NCBI RefSeq assembly: GCF_006345805.1
Contig: NC_043000.1
Location: 7,068,001 to 7,132,000, forward strand
Direction of reading: 5' to 3'
Source: Octopus sinensis
Lineage: Eukaryota
DNA length: 64,000 bases
Under the pieces are notes generated by a model, which saw nothing but the letters and a program-made list of their open reading frames with translations, was not told the origin of the DNA and ran no database searches. Positions 24,678-36,400 of this stretch are shown piece after piece; position 1 is the stretch's first letter; each line of letters starts with the position of its first letter. The position numbers and the translations under genes are program-made.

Positions 24678-27600
24678 TAGATTAGTCCTTCACCACAGGA
24701 CAGTTACCATCATCTCGGCTTATGCCCCTCAACCAGGGCTACCGGAAGGACAAAAAGACCAATTCTATGACACCCTATTGCGAACTACCTCATTGACAAA
24801 TGACAGTGACCTTCTCTTCGTGGCAGGTGATTTCAATGGACATGTCGGACGGCATGTCGGGGGCTTCCATGGCGTCCATGGAGGCTACGGTTTCGGCTCT
24901 CGTAATGAGGAGGTAACCAGGCTGCTGGAGTTCTGCGATGCAAATGACCTTATGGTCTGCAAACCAACTTCAGGAAACTCTCCTCTCACCTAGTCACCTA
25001 CCGTTCTGGCAGACACACCAGCCAGATTGACTACATCCTTGCCAGAAAAAGGGAAAGAGGGCTGATTATAATGCCAAAACCTTTCCAGGCGAAGAATGCA
25101 CTCCTCAACATAGATTAGTAGTTAGCGACTTCAGGATCAGAGCTAAATGGTTGCCCAGAAGAAGACCTGCTTGGAGGAGAAGGGTCTGGAAGCTTAAAGA
25201 TCCTGCAAATGGACAGAGATTAGAGACATACTACTCGAAGCCTTTGACGAAATAGAAGGGGATATAGCTTCACTTAATGTGGAAGACAACTGGAGATTTC
25301 TACGGGACAATCTGCTGACAGCCACTAACCAGATCTGTGGATGGAGCAAAGTACCATCTCAACCCAGAGTAACATGGTGGTGGAACAATACTGTTGACAG
25401 GGCTATTAGACAAAAGAGACAGGCTTGGAAGGACTGGAAGAACGGTGGTAGCAGGGAATTGTATCAGACAGCCAGAAGGGAAGCTAGGAGACAGGTTATT
25501 TAGCCAGAGGGGAAGCGGATAAAAAAATTTGCCAATGTTCTGCATCGTGAGGATGAAAGACTTGAGGTATTTCGTGTGTTGCAAGGTGTTGAGAGAGAAC
25601 CATGATGTGGTAGGAGAGAAGTGTGTTCGCATGGATGATGGTTCACTTGCGCTAAATGAGGATGCAAAGAGAGAGGTTTGGAGATGCCACTATGAAAGGT
25701 TGCTGAATAAAGAAAATGAATGGGATAAAGAGAGTCTGCCGAATGTTGACCCAACAGAGGGACCAGCTATCCGAGTTGATAGTTCCGTGGTAGCTAAGGC
25801 AATTAGAAGCATGAAGACAGGGAAAGCCCCAGGCCCATCAGGAATTACTGCAGAGATGCTCAAAATATCTGGCAGTGTCGGCTATAACCTAGTCACCCGT
25901 ATAGTCAACCAGGTGATACACGAAGGAGTCATACCCAATGACTGGTGTAGCAGCGTACTAGTCAACTGCTACAAAAGTAAAGGTGATGCCCTAGATACAA
26001 ATAATTACAGAGGTATCAAGCTGTTGGATCAGGTAATGAAGGTTACGGAGAGGGTCATAGCCCAACTAATCAGAGAGAGAGTTAGTTTAGATGAGATGCA
26101 GTTTGGGTTTGTGCCAGGGAAAAGCACCACTGATGCTATATTCCTGGTAAGGCAGCTGCAGAGAAATACCTAGCCAAAGATAGCCCCTGTACCTGGCTTT
26201 CGTTGACATGGAGAAAGCCTTTGATAGGGTCCCCCGATCCCTCATCTGGTGGTCAATGAGGAAACTAGGGATAGATGAATGGCTGGTGAGGGCTGTGCAA
26301 GCCATGTACAGAGATGCCATAAGCAAGGTTAGGGTTGGCAACATGTACACAGAAGAATTCAAAGTAGAGGTTGGGGTCCACCAGGTTCAGTACTCAGCCC
26401 CCTCCTATTTATCATAGTCCTCCAGGCAATAACAGAGAATTCAAGACAGGTTGCCCCTGGGAGCTCCTCTATGCTGACGACCTCGCTCTAATTGCTGAGT
26501 CACTATCAGAACTGGAGGAGAAGTTCCAGGTGTGGAAGGAGGGTTTAGAATCGAGGGGCCTTAGAGTCAACCTAGCTAAAACCAAAGTACTAATAAGTAG
26601 AAAGGTAGCAATCCACAAATTCCTCAGGAAGATGGCCCTGCTCGATCTGTAGAAAAGGTGTAGGTAGAAACTCTATAAGATGTACCCAGTGTAAGCTATG
26701 GACACATAAGAGGTGCAGCAATGTCAAAGGTAGGCTAACTGGGAAGATAGTTTTTATATGTGGCAGATGCTCGGGAGCATTGACCTCCGAAAATCTGCAG
26801 AAAACAACTTCCGTCACTTTCCAGGGGGAAAAATTAGAAGTAGTTGATAGCTTCCGTTATCTAGGTGACCAAGTCAGTAGTGGGGTGGGTGCGCTGAGAG
26901 TGTAACTGCTAGAATAAGAATAGCCTGGGCAAAGTTTAGGGAGCTCTTACCTCTGCTGGTGACTAAAGGCCTCTCGCTCAGAGTAAAGGGCAGACTGTAT
27001 GATGCATGTGTTCGAACTGCCATGCTACATGGCAGTGAAACATGGGCCGTGACTGCTGAGACATGCGTAAGCTCATGAGGAATGAAGCCAGTATGCTCCG
27101 ATGGATGTGTAATGTCAGTGTACTTACTCGACAGAGCGTTAGTTCCCTGAGAGAAATGTTGTACCTAAGAAGCATCAGTTGTTGCGTGCAAGAGAGACGA
27201 TTGCGCTGGTATGGTCATGTGGCGAGAATGGATGAAGATATGTGTGAGAAAGCGCCAATCCCTAGCAGTTGAGGGAACCCATGGAAGAGGTAGACCCAGG
27301 AAAACCTGGGACGAGGTGGTGAAGCACGACCTTCGACGTTAGGTCTCACCATGGAAATGACTAGAGACCGAGACCTATGGAAGTATGCTGTGCGTGAGAA
27401 GACCCGGCAAGACTAGTGAAGCCATAACCCGTGGCCCCTACCTGGGACGTAGTCAGTCCACCTGTGCATACCTTCCTGCTTGTGACACTTGTGAAGACCT
27501 GTGAGGCAAATCAATCAAAGTCAAATCGAATCAAGTCAAACCAAATCAAAATAGATGAACATCAATGGAATTTGTATCCTTGTGGTACCAGTGCCGGTGG

Positions 27601-28115
27601 CACATAAGAAAACCATCCGAACGGGACCGTAGCCAGTACCTACGCATCGACTGGCTTCCGTGCCGTGGGCATATACAAACACCATCCGATCGTAGCCGTT
27701 CGCCAGCCTCGTCTGGCACCTGTGTCGGTGGCACATAAGAAAACACACCGAAAACACCATATCCGAGCGTGGCCGTCTGCCAGCCTCGTCTGGCACCTGT
27801 GGTCGGTGGCACATAAAAAACACCATCCGAGCGTGGCCGTCTGCCAGCCTCGTCTGGCACCTGTGTCGGTTGGCACATAAAAAACACCATCCGAGCGTGG
27901 CCATCTGCCAGCCTCATCTGGCACCTGTGTCGGTGGCACATAAAATCACCCACTACACTCTCGGAGTGGTTGGCGTTAGGAAGGGCATCCAACTGTAGAA
28001 ATACTGCCAGATCTGACTGGCCTGGTGTAGCCTTCGGGCTTGCCAGACCCCAGTTGAACCGTCCAACCCATGCTAGCATGGAAAGCGGACGTTAAACGAT
28101 GATGATGATGATGAT
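24678..28115 (+). mobile_element. RTE-clade LINE, 5'-truncated within the AP endonuclease, frameshifted (APE C-term + RT + 3'UTR + (GAT)n tail)
   Basis: APE motifs TIISAYAP, VAGDFNGHVG, QIDYIL and QHRL. RT motifs KAPGPSGI, NYRGIKLL, QFGFVPGKSTTDAIF, AFVDMEKAFDRVPR and ELLYADDLAL. Tandem-repeat 3'UTR ends in gatgatgat. Several frameshifts. Confidence 0.95.
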
Positions 28116-28335
28116 TTCAACACATTGTCGATATTTGGCCTCCTCAATAGGAATGGTATGATTTGTTATAAAAATATTATCAGATTCAATAAGAGATTTT
28201 TAATTTTTTTCAGTTTCCATGTTTATTAATTTTTTCAGTTTTGTACAATTTGTCATAAAAATATTATCAGATTCAAAATGATGTTTCATCTTTTCACTTT
28301 CAAGTTTATTTTATTTTATTTTTTTTTCTTGAGGG

Positions 28336-28563
28336 TTAACCCTTTCATTACTAGCCTGGTTGAAACCGACTCTGGTTCTGCGTACAAATGTCCTGTTTTC
28401 AAAAGTTTTGAATTTAAATCTTCCACCAAACCTTAGTCACAATTTATGTTCCTAACATTAGTTTAATGATAACAAAGTTATTTTACTATATTCTTTGTTA
28501 TATTTAAAGTAATCGAAAGAAACACAGAACATCTCAAAATAAATACAGTAACGAAAGGATTAA
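28336..28563. mobile_element. piggyBac-like MITE (TTAA, CCCTTTCxTTAC TIRs)
   Basis: ttaa|ccctttcattac ... gtaacgaaagga|ttaa. A second copy at 62049-62222 is truncated by a Helitron. Confidence 0.75.
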
Positions 28564-29876
28564 ACAATTTTTTTAGCTGAGGGAGATATCCGAAAGTACC
28601 AATCTTTCTCGTAAAACGTGGGGAAATATCCCAATTTTTAATGGGGGTGAGATAACCAAAAAGTACCAAGTAAAGTTCCTTCCTAAGTCATAGACTCATA
28701 GGGCTGGTTTTCCAGTTCCTGTGGTGTATATATTTCCCAACTGGATGGCACACTGGTCCATCAGGATTACTTATTTTTGCCACTTGAGTGGATTGGAGTA
28801 ACATGAAATGAAGTGTTTTGCTCAAGAACACAACATGTCACCTGATCCAGGAATTGAAATCACAATCTAACAATCATGAGTCCAACACCCTAACAACTAA
28901 GCCATGCACCTCCACCATTTTAGTATATCATTTCTATATATTTAATAAGCTGACCTTCCAACTTCTTTTTTTTTTTTTGTTTCAGATTGAAGGAGACGGC
29001 AGTAACAACACTTTGAAGACAACCTGCTGACCACTGCTTCTCCCCGTTGATTAGTTTGCAGAATGCAATCAGAACATGAAAACAATCAAAACATGTGACA
29101 AGGGTCCTGAACACCTTCCCTTTGGAGGACTTCCTCTTCATAATGAATTGCATCAGACAATGTTAAAGTGATCTATCCACAGATGGTTAAGTGGTTTCTA
29201 AAAAACTGATAATCCTTGTAGGTAGAGGTAAACAATGTTAGCTTAACCAGTAAGGCTTTTAGTTGTTCAGAAGCACTCTGGTGCAGTTGGTAACATGGTC
29301 ATTTGCTACATCACAGATACAGGGTTCAACTCCCATTGAAGTTCTATTAATTTTTTTCTAGTCATACTCGTAAAAGTATACTTTACATGTGTGTGTGTGT
29401 GTGCGTGTATTGAGTAAATCATTTTTAAGAATGAAACTCGAAGAAGATACAGCTATAAATAATAGCATTAAAATATATTGGGTCATGTGTGGATATATGC
29501 ATGTATGTGTGTGCAGTCATTAGACTGCAGGCATGCTGCGGCACTGCCTTAGAGAATTTCTAGTCAATCAAATTGACCTCAATGCTTATTCTATTGCTGT
29601 CTTTTTGCCGAACCACTAAATTGCAGGAAAGTAAACCAATTATCAAGTGGTGATAGTGTGTGTGCGTGTAGGGGGATAAACACACACACATACACACAGA
29701 GATGACAGGCTTCTTTCAGCTTCCATCTATTAAATTCACTCACAGGATTTTGATCAGCCCAAAGCTATAGGATAAGAGAATTGCCCAAGGTTTCATGCAG
29801 TGGGATTGAACCTGGAATTATGAGGATGGAAAGAAAACTTCTTACCACACAGCCATGTCTGTGCCTAGATAGATAT

Positions 29877-29935
<59 letters not shown>

Positions 29936-30545
29936 GGTAGATAGATAGACAGACAGACAGATAGCTAGATAGATAAATAGATAGATAGATAGGTAGATAG
30001 ATAGATACATACATACATGCATTTATATATAGGTATATATATGTACACATACACATATGTACATACATATATATATTACATATACACACTCCAACATAAT
30101 ACATATATATGAAATGTAATAAGAAAGGGTTGGATTGTGCTAAATTAATATATATATATTTGAATAAAACAAGTTCTATTTCTTGATATAGTTGGTAGAT
30201 ATTTCTATTATATATCTATCTATCTATATATATATATATTTATATGAAAATCAAAATACAAGATTATGTTTTCACATAAAAATGCTTTCATATAAAAGTT
30301 TTAACAAATATGTACATTTTCTTTCTGTGTGGGTATGTGTGTTGTGTGTGTGTGTGTGCATATGCACATTCATGTATGTATACACATATAAATATTCGCT
30401 CACACAGACACATACATATATCATCAAGATCGCCATTATCATACACACACACATATATATACACACAAACATAAACATACATATACATATACTGTATATA
30501 TATGTATATATATATATATATATACAGACATACATACATACATAT

Positions 30546-32881
30546 CATCATCATCATCGTTTAGCGTCCGTTTTCCATGCTAGCATGGGTTGGACGGTTC
30601 TACTGGGGTCTGTGAAGCCAGAAGGCTTCATCAGGCCCAGTCAAATCTGGCAGTGTTTCTACGGCTGGATGCCCTTCCTAACGCCAACCACTCCGTGAGT
30701 GTAGTGGGTGCTTTTTACGTGCCACCCGCACTGGTGCCAGACAGAGCTGGCAAACGGCCACGAACGGATGGTGCTTTTTATGTGCCACCGGCACGAGGGC
30801 CAGGCGAGGCTGGCAACGGACATGAAACGGGGCGGTGCTGGCAACGGTCGCGAAACAGAAAGTTCTCTTACATGCCACCGGCACTGGTAACACATCTGCA
30901 ATTTCCATTGATCGATTTCCATTGATCGATTTCGATTCTGATCGTCACTTGCCTCAACAGGTCTTCACAAGCAGAGTTTTACATGCCACCGGCACTGGTA
31001 ACACATCTGCAATTTCCATTGATCGATTTCGATTCTGATCCTCACTTGCCTCATCACGTCTTCACAAGTAGAGTTTTGTGTCCCAAGAAGGGAAGGTATG
31101 CATACGTAGGCTGGCTCCATCCCATGTAGAAGGCCACGGGTTATGGACTCACTTGTCCTGCCGGGTCTTCTCGCGCACAGCACACTTCCAGAGGTCTCGG
31201 TCTCTAGTCATTTCCTCAGTGAGACCTAAAGTTCGAAGGTCGTGCTTCACCACCTCGTCCCAGGTTTTCCTGGGTCTGCCTCTTCCACAGGTTCCCTCAA
31301 CCGCTAGGGTGTGGCACTTTTTCACACAACTATCTTCATCCATTCTCGCCACATGACCAACCAGCGCAAACGTCTCTCTTGCACACCACAACTGATGCTT
31401 CTTAGGTCCAGCTTTTCTCTCAAGGTACTTACACTCTGCCGAGTGTGAGTACCGGCATTACACATCCATCGGAGCATACTGGCTTCATTTCTAGCGAGCT
31501 TACGCATATCCTCAGCAGTCACGGCCCATGTTTCACTGCCATGTAGCATGGCTGTTCGTACACACGCATCATACAGTCTGCCTTTCACTCTGTGCGAGAG
31601 GCCTTTTGTCACCAGTAGAGGTAAGAGCTCTCTGAACTTTGCCCAAGCTATTCTTACTCTAGCAGTTACACTTTCAGCACACCCACCCCTGCTGCTGACT
31701 TGGTCACCTAGGTAACGGAAACTATCAACTATTTCTAGTTTTTCTCCCTGGAAAGTGACGGAAGTTGGTCTCAGAGCATTTTCAGTGTTTATTGTTCCTG
31801 AGCATCTGCCACATACAAAAACCATCTTCCTAGTTAGCCTTCCTTTGACATTGCTGCATCTCTTATGTGTCCATAGCTTACACTTGGTGCATCTTATAGA
31901 GTTTCTACCTACACCTTTTCTACAGATCGAGCAGGGCCATCTACCTGAAGGTGTTTGTGATTTGTCTACCTTCCTACTGATTACGACTTTGGTTTTAGCT
32001 AGATTGACTCTGAGGCCCTTCGATTCTAATCCTTGTTTCCACACCTGAAACTTCTCCTCCAGTTCTGATAGCGACTCAGCAATTAGAGCAAGGTCATCAG
32101 CATAGAGGAGCTCCCAAGGGCATCCTGTCTTGAATTCCTCCGTTATTGCCTGGAGGACTATGATAATAGGAGGGGGCGGAGTACTGAGCCTTGGTGGACC
32201 CCTACCTCTACCCGGAATTCTTCACTGTACTCATTTCCAACCCTCACCCTACTAGCGGCGTCCCTGTACATGGCCCGCACAGCTCTCACTAACCATTCAT
32301 CTATCCCTAGTTTCCTCATTGCCCACCAGATAAGGGATCGGGGGACCCTGTCGAAGACTTTCTCCATGTCAACAAAAGCCAGGTACAGGGGCTTATCTTT
32401 GGCTAGGTATTTCTCCTGCAGCTGCCTTACCAGGAATATAGCATCAGTAGTACTTTTCCCTGGCACAAACCCAAACTGCATCTCATCTAAACTAACTCTC
32501 TCTCTAATTAGTTGGGCTATGACCCTCTCCGTAACCTTCATCACCTGGTCCAACAGCTTGGTACCTCTGTAGTTATTTGTATCTAGGGCATCACCTTTAC
32601 CTTTGTAGCAGTTGACTATTATACTGCTACACCAGTCATTGGGTATGACCCCTTTGTGTATCACCTGATTAACTATACGGGTGACTAGGCTATAGCCGAC
32701 ACTACCAGACATTTTGAGCATCTCTGCAGTGATACCTGATGGGCCTGGGGCTTTCCCTGTCTTCATGCTTCTAATTGCCTTAGCTACCACGGAACTATCA
32801 ACTCGGATAGCTGGTCCCTCTGTTGGGTCAACATTCGGCAGACTCTCTTTATCCCATTCATTTTCTTCATTCAGCAACCTT
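30546..32881 (-). mobile_element. RTE-clade LINE, 5'-truncated, RT with frameshifts
   Basis: ORFs 32158-32881 and 31322-32044 carry the RT motifs. 3'UTR ends in a (GAT)n tail at about 30546; the 5' junction abuts a (TA/CA) microsatellite. Confidence 0.95.
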
Positions 32882-32986
32882 ATAAATATACATACATACA
32901 TATATATATATACATATAAATATACATACATACATACATACAAACATATATATATATATACACATACACACATACATATATATATA

Positions 32987-34335
32987 TCTCAGAGTGGTTG
33001 GCGTTAGGAAGGGCATCCAGCTGTAGAAACTTTACCAGATCAGATTGGAGCCTAGTGTAGCCTTCTGACATGCCAGCCTTCAGTCAAATCATCCAGCCCA
33101 TGCCAGCATGGAAAGCAGACATTAAACGATGATGATGATGATTTAAGGTGTATTCCATTAGGAACATAGTAGAGTACAAAATAGAGCTCATTCACCCTTG
33201 GAATTACCAAATAGCTGGTAGTATTACAGTATACTTCCAAGTCTAGGTTTAGGCATTCATGGTATATGAAAAAATAGTCAACAAGAAGGAGTACGGTTGG
33301 ACAGTTATTTAATAAACACTACACATGTTTTGATACAACATAGATCCTCATATACACAGGATTTAAAGTAAGCAACAGCTTACCTGTATAACGGGGTCTA
33401 GTTGTATCTCCTCAGGTGATACATAATTGCTGCTCCATTAATAAACCTTTGGCTTCGATGCTAACACATCCAATTGGCTCGTTTGAATCTGGTAGATGCT
33501 GGCAGTCCCATTTTGCTCGCTGTCAACATGCAACTGCACGCTCAACATGAGTGGCATTGGATACACTGGCCGTCCAATTTGTTTCACATGTTAGGCTGCA
33601 CATGCTAAATTTTAATATTTTGCAAATACACTCACACATACCCATATATATATATACATACACACAATAAATATATATATAATCTCAGAGTGGTTGGCGT
33701 TAGGAGGGCATCCAGCTGTAGAAACTTTACCAGATCAGATTGGAGCCTAGTGTAGCCTTCTGACATGCCAGCCTTCAGTCAAATCATCCAGCCCATGCCA
33801 GCATGGAAAGCAGACATTAAAACGATGATGATGATGATTTAAGGTGTATTCCATTAGGACATAGTAGAGTACAAATAGAGCTCATTCACCTTGGAATTAC
33901 CAAATAGCTGGTAGTATTACAGTATACTTCCAAGTCTAGGTTTAGGCATTCATGGTATATGAAAAAATAGTCAACAAGAAGGAGTACGGTTGACAGTATT
34001 TAATAAACACTACATGTTTTTGATACAACATAGATCCTCATATACACAGGATTTAAAGTAAGCAACAGCTTACCTGTATAACGGGGTCTAGTTGTATCTC
34101 CTCAGGTGATACATATTGCTGCCCCTCCATTAATAACCTTTGGCTTCGATGCTAACACATCCAATTGGCTCGTTTGAATCTGGTAGATGCTGGCAGTCCC
34201 AGTTTGCTCGCTGTCAACATGCAACTGCACGCTCAACATGAGTGGCATTGGATACCTGGCCGTCCAATTTGTTTCACATGTTAGGCTGCACATGCTAAAT
34301 TTTAATATTTTGCAAATCACTCACACATACCCCAT
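32987..34335. repeat. Tandem duplication, period about 696 nt
   Basis: 32987-33645 matches 33683-34335; differences are mostly 1-3 nt indels. Confidence 0.9.
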
Positions 34336-34365
34336 GTATATATATATATATTATATATAATATAA

Positions 34366-34867
34366 GTCAAAGAGTTTATAGCTATTCTTTCTACTAAAAG
34401 GGAGATCTCAGTAAAACCACAGCACTTGAAGGGCAAACACAGACAGGCAAGAGAGAAAGAAATGACGACAATCGATCATACAATATTAAGTCACCTACGG
34501 ACGTACGTTTCGAAATTAGTTTTTCGGAAAGCATAAGAATTAGATAATTATGTCTTACCACCCAACTTTTTTTCTCATCAGCGTAGGTCACTACAATTAT
34601 GAATAATTGTATATTAAATTTCGATTCGAGGTATATACAATTATTCATAATTGTAGTGTCCTACGCTAATGAAAAAAAGTTGGGTAAGACATAATTATCT
34701 AATTCTTATGCTTTCCTAAACTTAATTCGAACGTACGTCCGTAGGTGACTTAATATTGTATGATCGATTGTCGTCATTTCTTTCTCTCTTGCCTGTCTGT
34801 GTTTGCCTTTCAAGTGCTGTGTTTTTACTGAGATCTCCCTTTTAGTAGAATAGCTAAACTCTTTGAC
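34366..34867. mobile_element. ~500-bp foldback palindrome, Penelope-like pLTR-type element carrying hammerhead motifs
   Basis: 34366-34615 is the reverse complement of 34630-34867 with small indels; CpG-rich; one HHR motif per arm. Confidence 0.7.
34490..34591 (-). ncRNA. Type I minimal hammerhead ribozyme motif, intact core (GUC cleavage triplet)
   Basis: Minus strand reads CCUACG-CUGAUGA-G(AAA..long stem II..UUU)C-GAA-ACGUACGU-C-CGUAGG. Stem I is 6 bp; stem III is palindromic. Confidence 0.8.
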
Positions 34868-35030
34868 TGCTATTTCTAAATTCGGTGTTGTGGTGAGGCA
34901 AATCGTTGCTAAACCCTTATTACTTAGTATTACTTAAACTTTCCTCGAATGGGGCTTTTACATGCCGAATCTACTGGTGAAATTAATGATTATTCCAATT
35001 AATTAATTTCACCCTATATCTATATTACAC

Positions 35031-35067
<37 letters not shown>

Positions 35068-35112
35068 ACACACACACATTATATATATTGGTAAAAACGG
35101 TAAGATAAAATG

Positions 35113-35181
35113 GCCGGATAACTGAAGAGATGGTGGTGTGGATTTCCACCTCAGCATCCGAAACTCAGAGTTTTATCTTGG
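35113..35181 (+). ncRNA. Type I hammerhead ribozyme motif (CUGAAGA core, GUU triplet)
   Basis: GGAUAA-CUGAAGA-GAUG..GGUGG/CCACC..CAUCC-GAA-ACUCAGAGU-U-UUAUCU. Stem I is 6 bp. Confidence 0.65.
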
Positions 35182-36182
35182 CTACCAAATAATTGTCACA
35201 TATTGCATCTACAGATATATATACATGTCCTCATCATCATCATCATCATCGTTTAACATCCATTTTCCATGCTAGTATGGGTTGGATGGTTCGACCAGGG
35301 TCTAGGAAGCCAGGAGGCTGCACCAGGCTCCAGTCTGATCTGGCAGTGTTTCTACAGCTGGATGCCCTTCCTAACACCAACCACTCCGTGAGTGTAGTGG
35401 GTGCTTTTTATGTGCCACCGGCACATGGGCCAGAGGAGGTTGGCAAATGGCCACTATCAGTTGGTGCTTTTTACGTGTCACTGGCACAGGTATCTTAACT
35501 ACAATTTCCATTTTATTTTTATTTTCATGTTGGTGTTGATGTACTTGACTCAGTGGGAATGCTCAGAGATGTATTTGTTTGTATATGTGTGAGTGTGTGT
35601 GTGTGGGTGATTGTATATGTAAGATCACAGTTTTTCTGACTGAAAGATGTGAAATTTATCCTGTCAGGTTTTATCAAGTTTGTCTCCTCTCTCCTGTTAT
35701 AGATTGAATTCCAAATGTCTAATTGACATCTTTTGGAAAGGTCACACTACAATGGTTTTCTATTGCTTATTCAACACCTAAAAGAAAGAAAAACTGCATA
35801 CCTCACTTCAGATAAGTGCCAGACTGTCTCAAATAACATGTTCGAATGATTTAGTACCTATTCTTGACATTTTGAGTAACCAAGTCATATGGAACTCACT
35901 GTTCTACCCAAATACACAATGAAGCGCCATCCGTGGATTTGAACTCAGTACCTGTTGTTTTATTCATTTGACTATTTAGCATCAACTGGTGCTGCTAGTT
36001 TTCCATATGAAGACTTGTAAAGCAAACAAAAACATGTAAACTATGCATTGGTCTTGTTAAGATGAGTTTGTGCACATCACTTACTTAGAGCTAGGTGAAT
36101 ATAGCCAATGAGAATTAAGTTTCCTTGGCTACTAAACCAGAACAGCATTAGAGATGGTATATGAACCTTTAACATTTGAAGT

Positions 36183-36400
36183 GGCGGCAAGATGGCAGAA
36201 TTGTTAGCACACTGGACAAAATGCTAAACAGCATTTTGTCTGTGTCAACATTCTGAGTTCAAATTCCACTTAGGTTGATTTCACTTTTCATCCTTTGAAG
36301 GTCAAAAAAATAAATACCTGTTGAGCACTGCGAGGGGGTCGATGTAATTGACATAACCCCTTCCCCAAAACTGCTGGCATTGTGTCAAAATTTGAAATCA
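36183..36400 (+). mobile_element. tRNA-derived SINE family B with a gcctttcatcc...gtcgataaa..agtaccag core (MetaSINE-like domain, by recall)
   Basis: Head ggcggcaagatggcagaattgttagc and B box gagttcaaattcc. Copies at about 55-250(+), 13900-14025(+), 14450-14630(+), 3720-3900(-), 22430-22640(-), 44690-44915(-), 45150-45370(-), 46570-46775(-) and 49870-50045(-). Confidence 0.8.

Larger units (their letters stand above)
24544..28667. mobile_element. TIR DNA element (hAT-like, ~8-bp TSD) hosting the RTE and a MITE
   Basis: TIR GGTA(A/C)TTTTTGGTTATCTCACCCCCATTAAAA at 24544-24575, inverted at 28636-28667. Flanks aagtaaaa / aagtaaag. Confidence 0.65.

Noticed and set aside
27585-27960. CRISPR-like regular repeats (also 5325-6480 and 7110-7320)
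   Set aside because: Head-to-tail units without unique spacers, eukaryotic context and no cas genes.
33384-33450. Resemblance of LLMEQQLCIT*GDTTRPRYT to the glutathione peroxidase motif LLIENVASLUGTTVRDYT
   Set aside because: It lacks the NVAS/T motif, the spacing differs and the upstream sequence is not GPx-like; probably coincidence.
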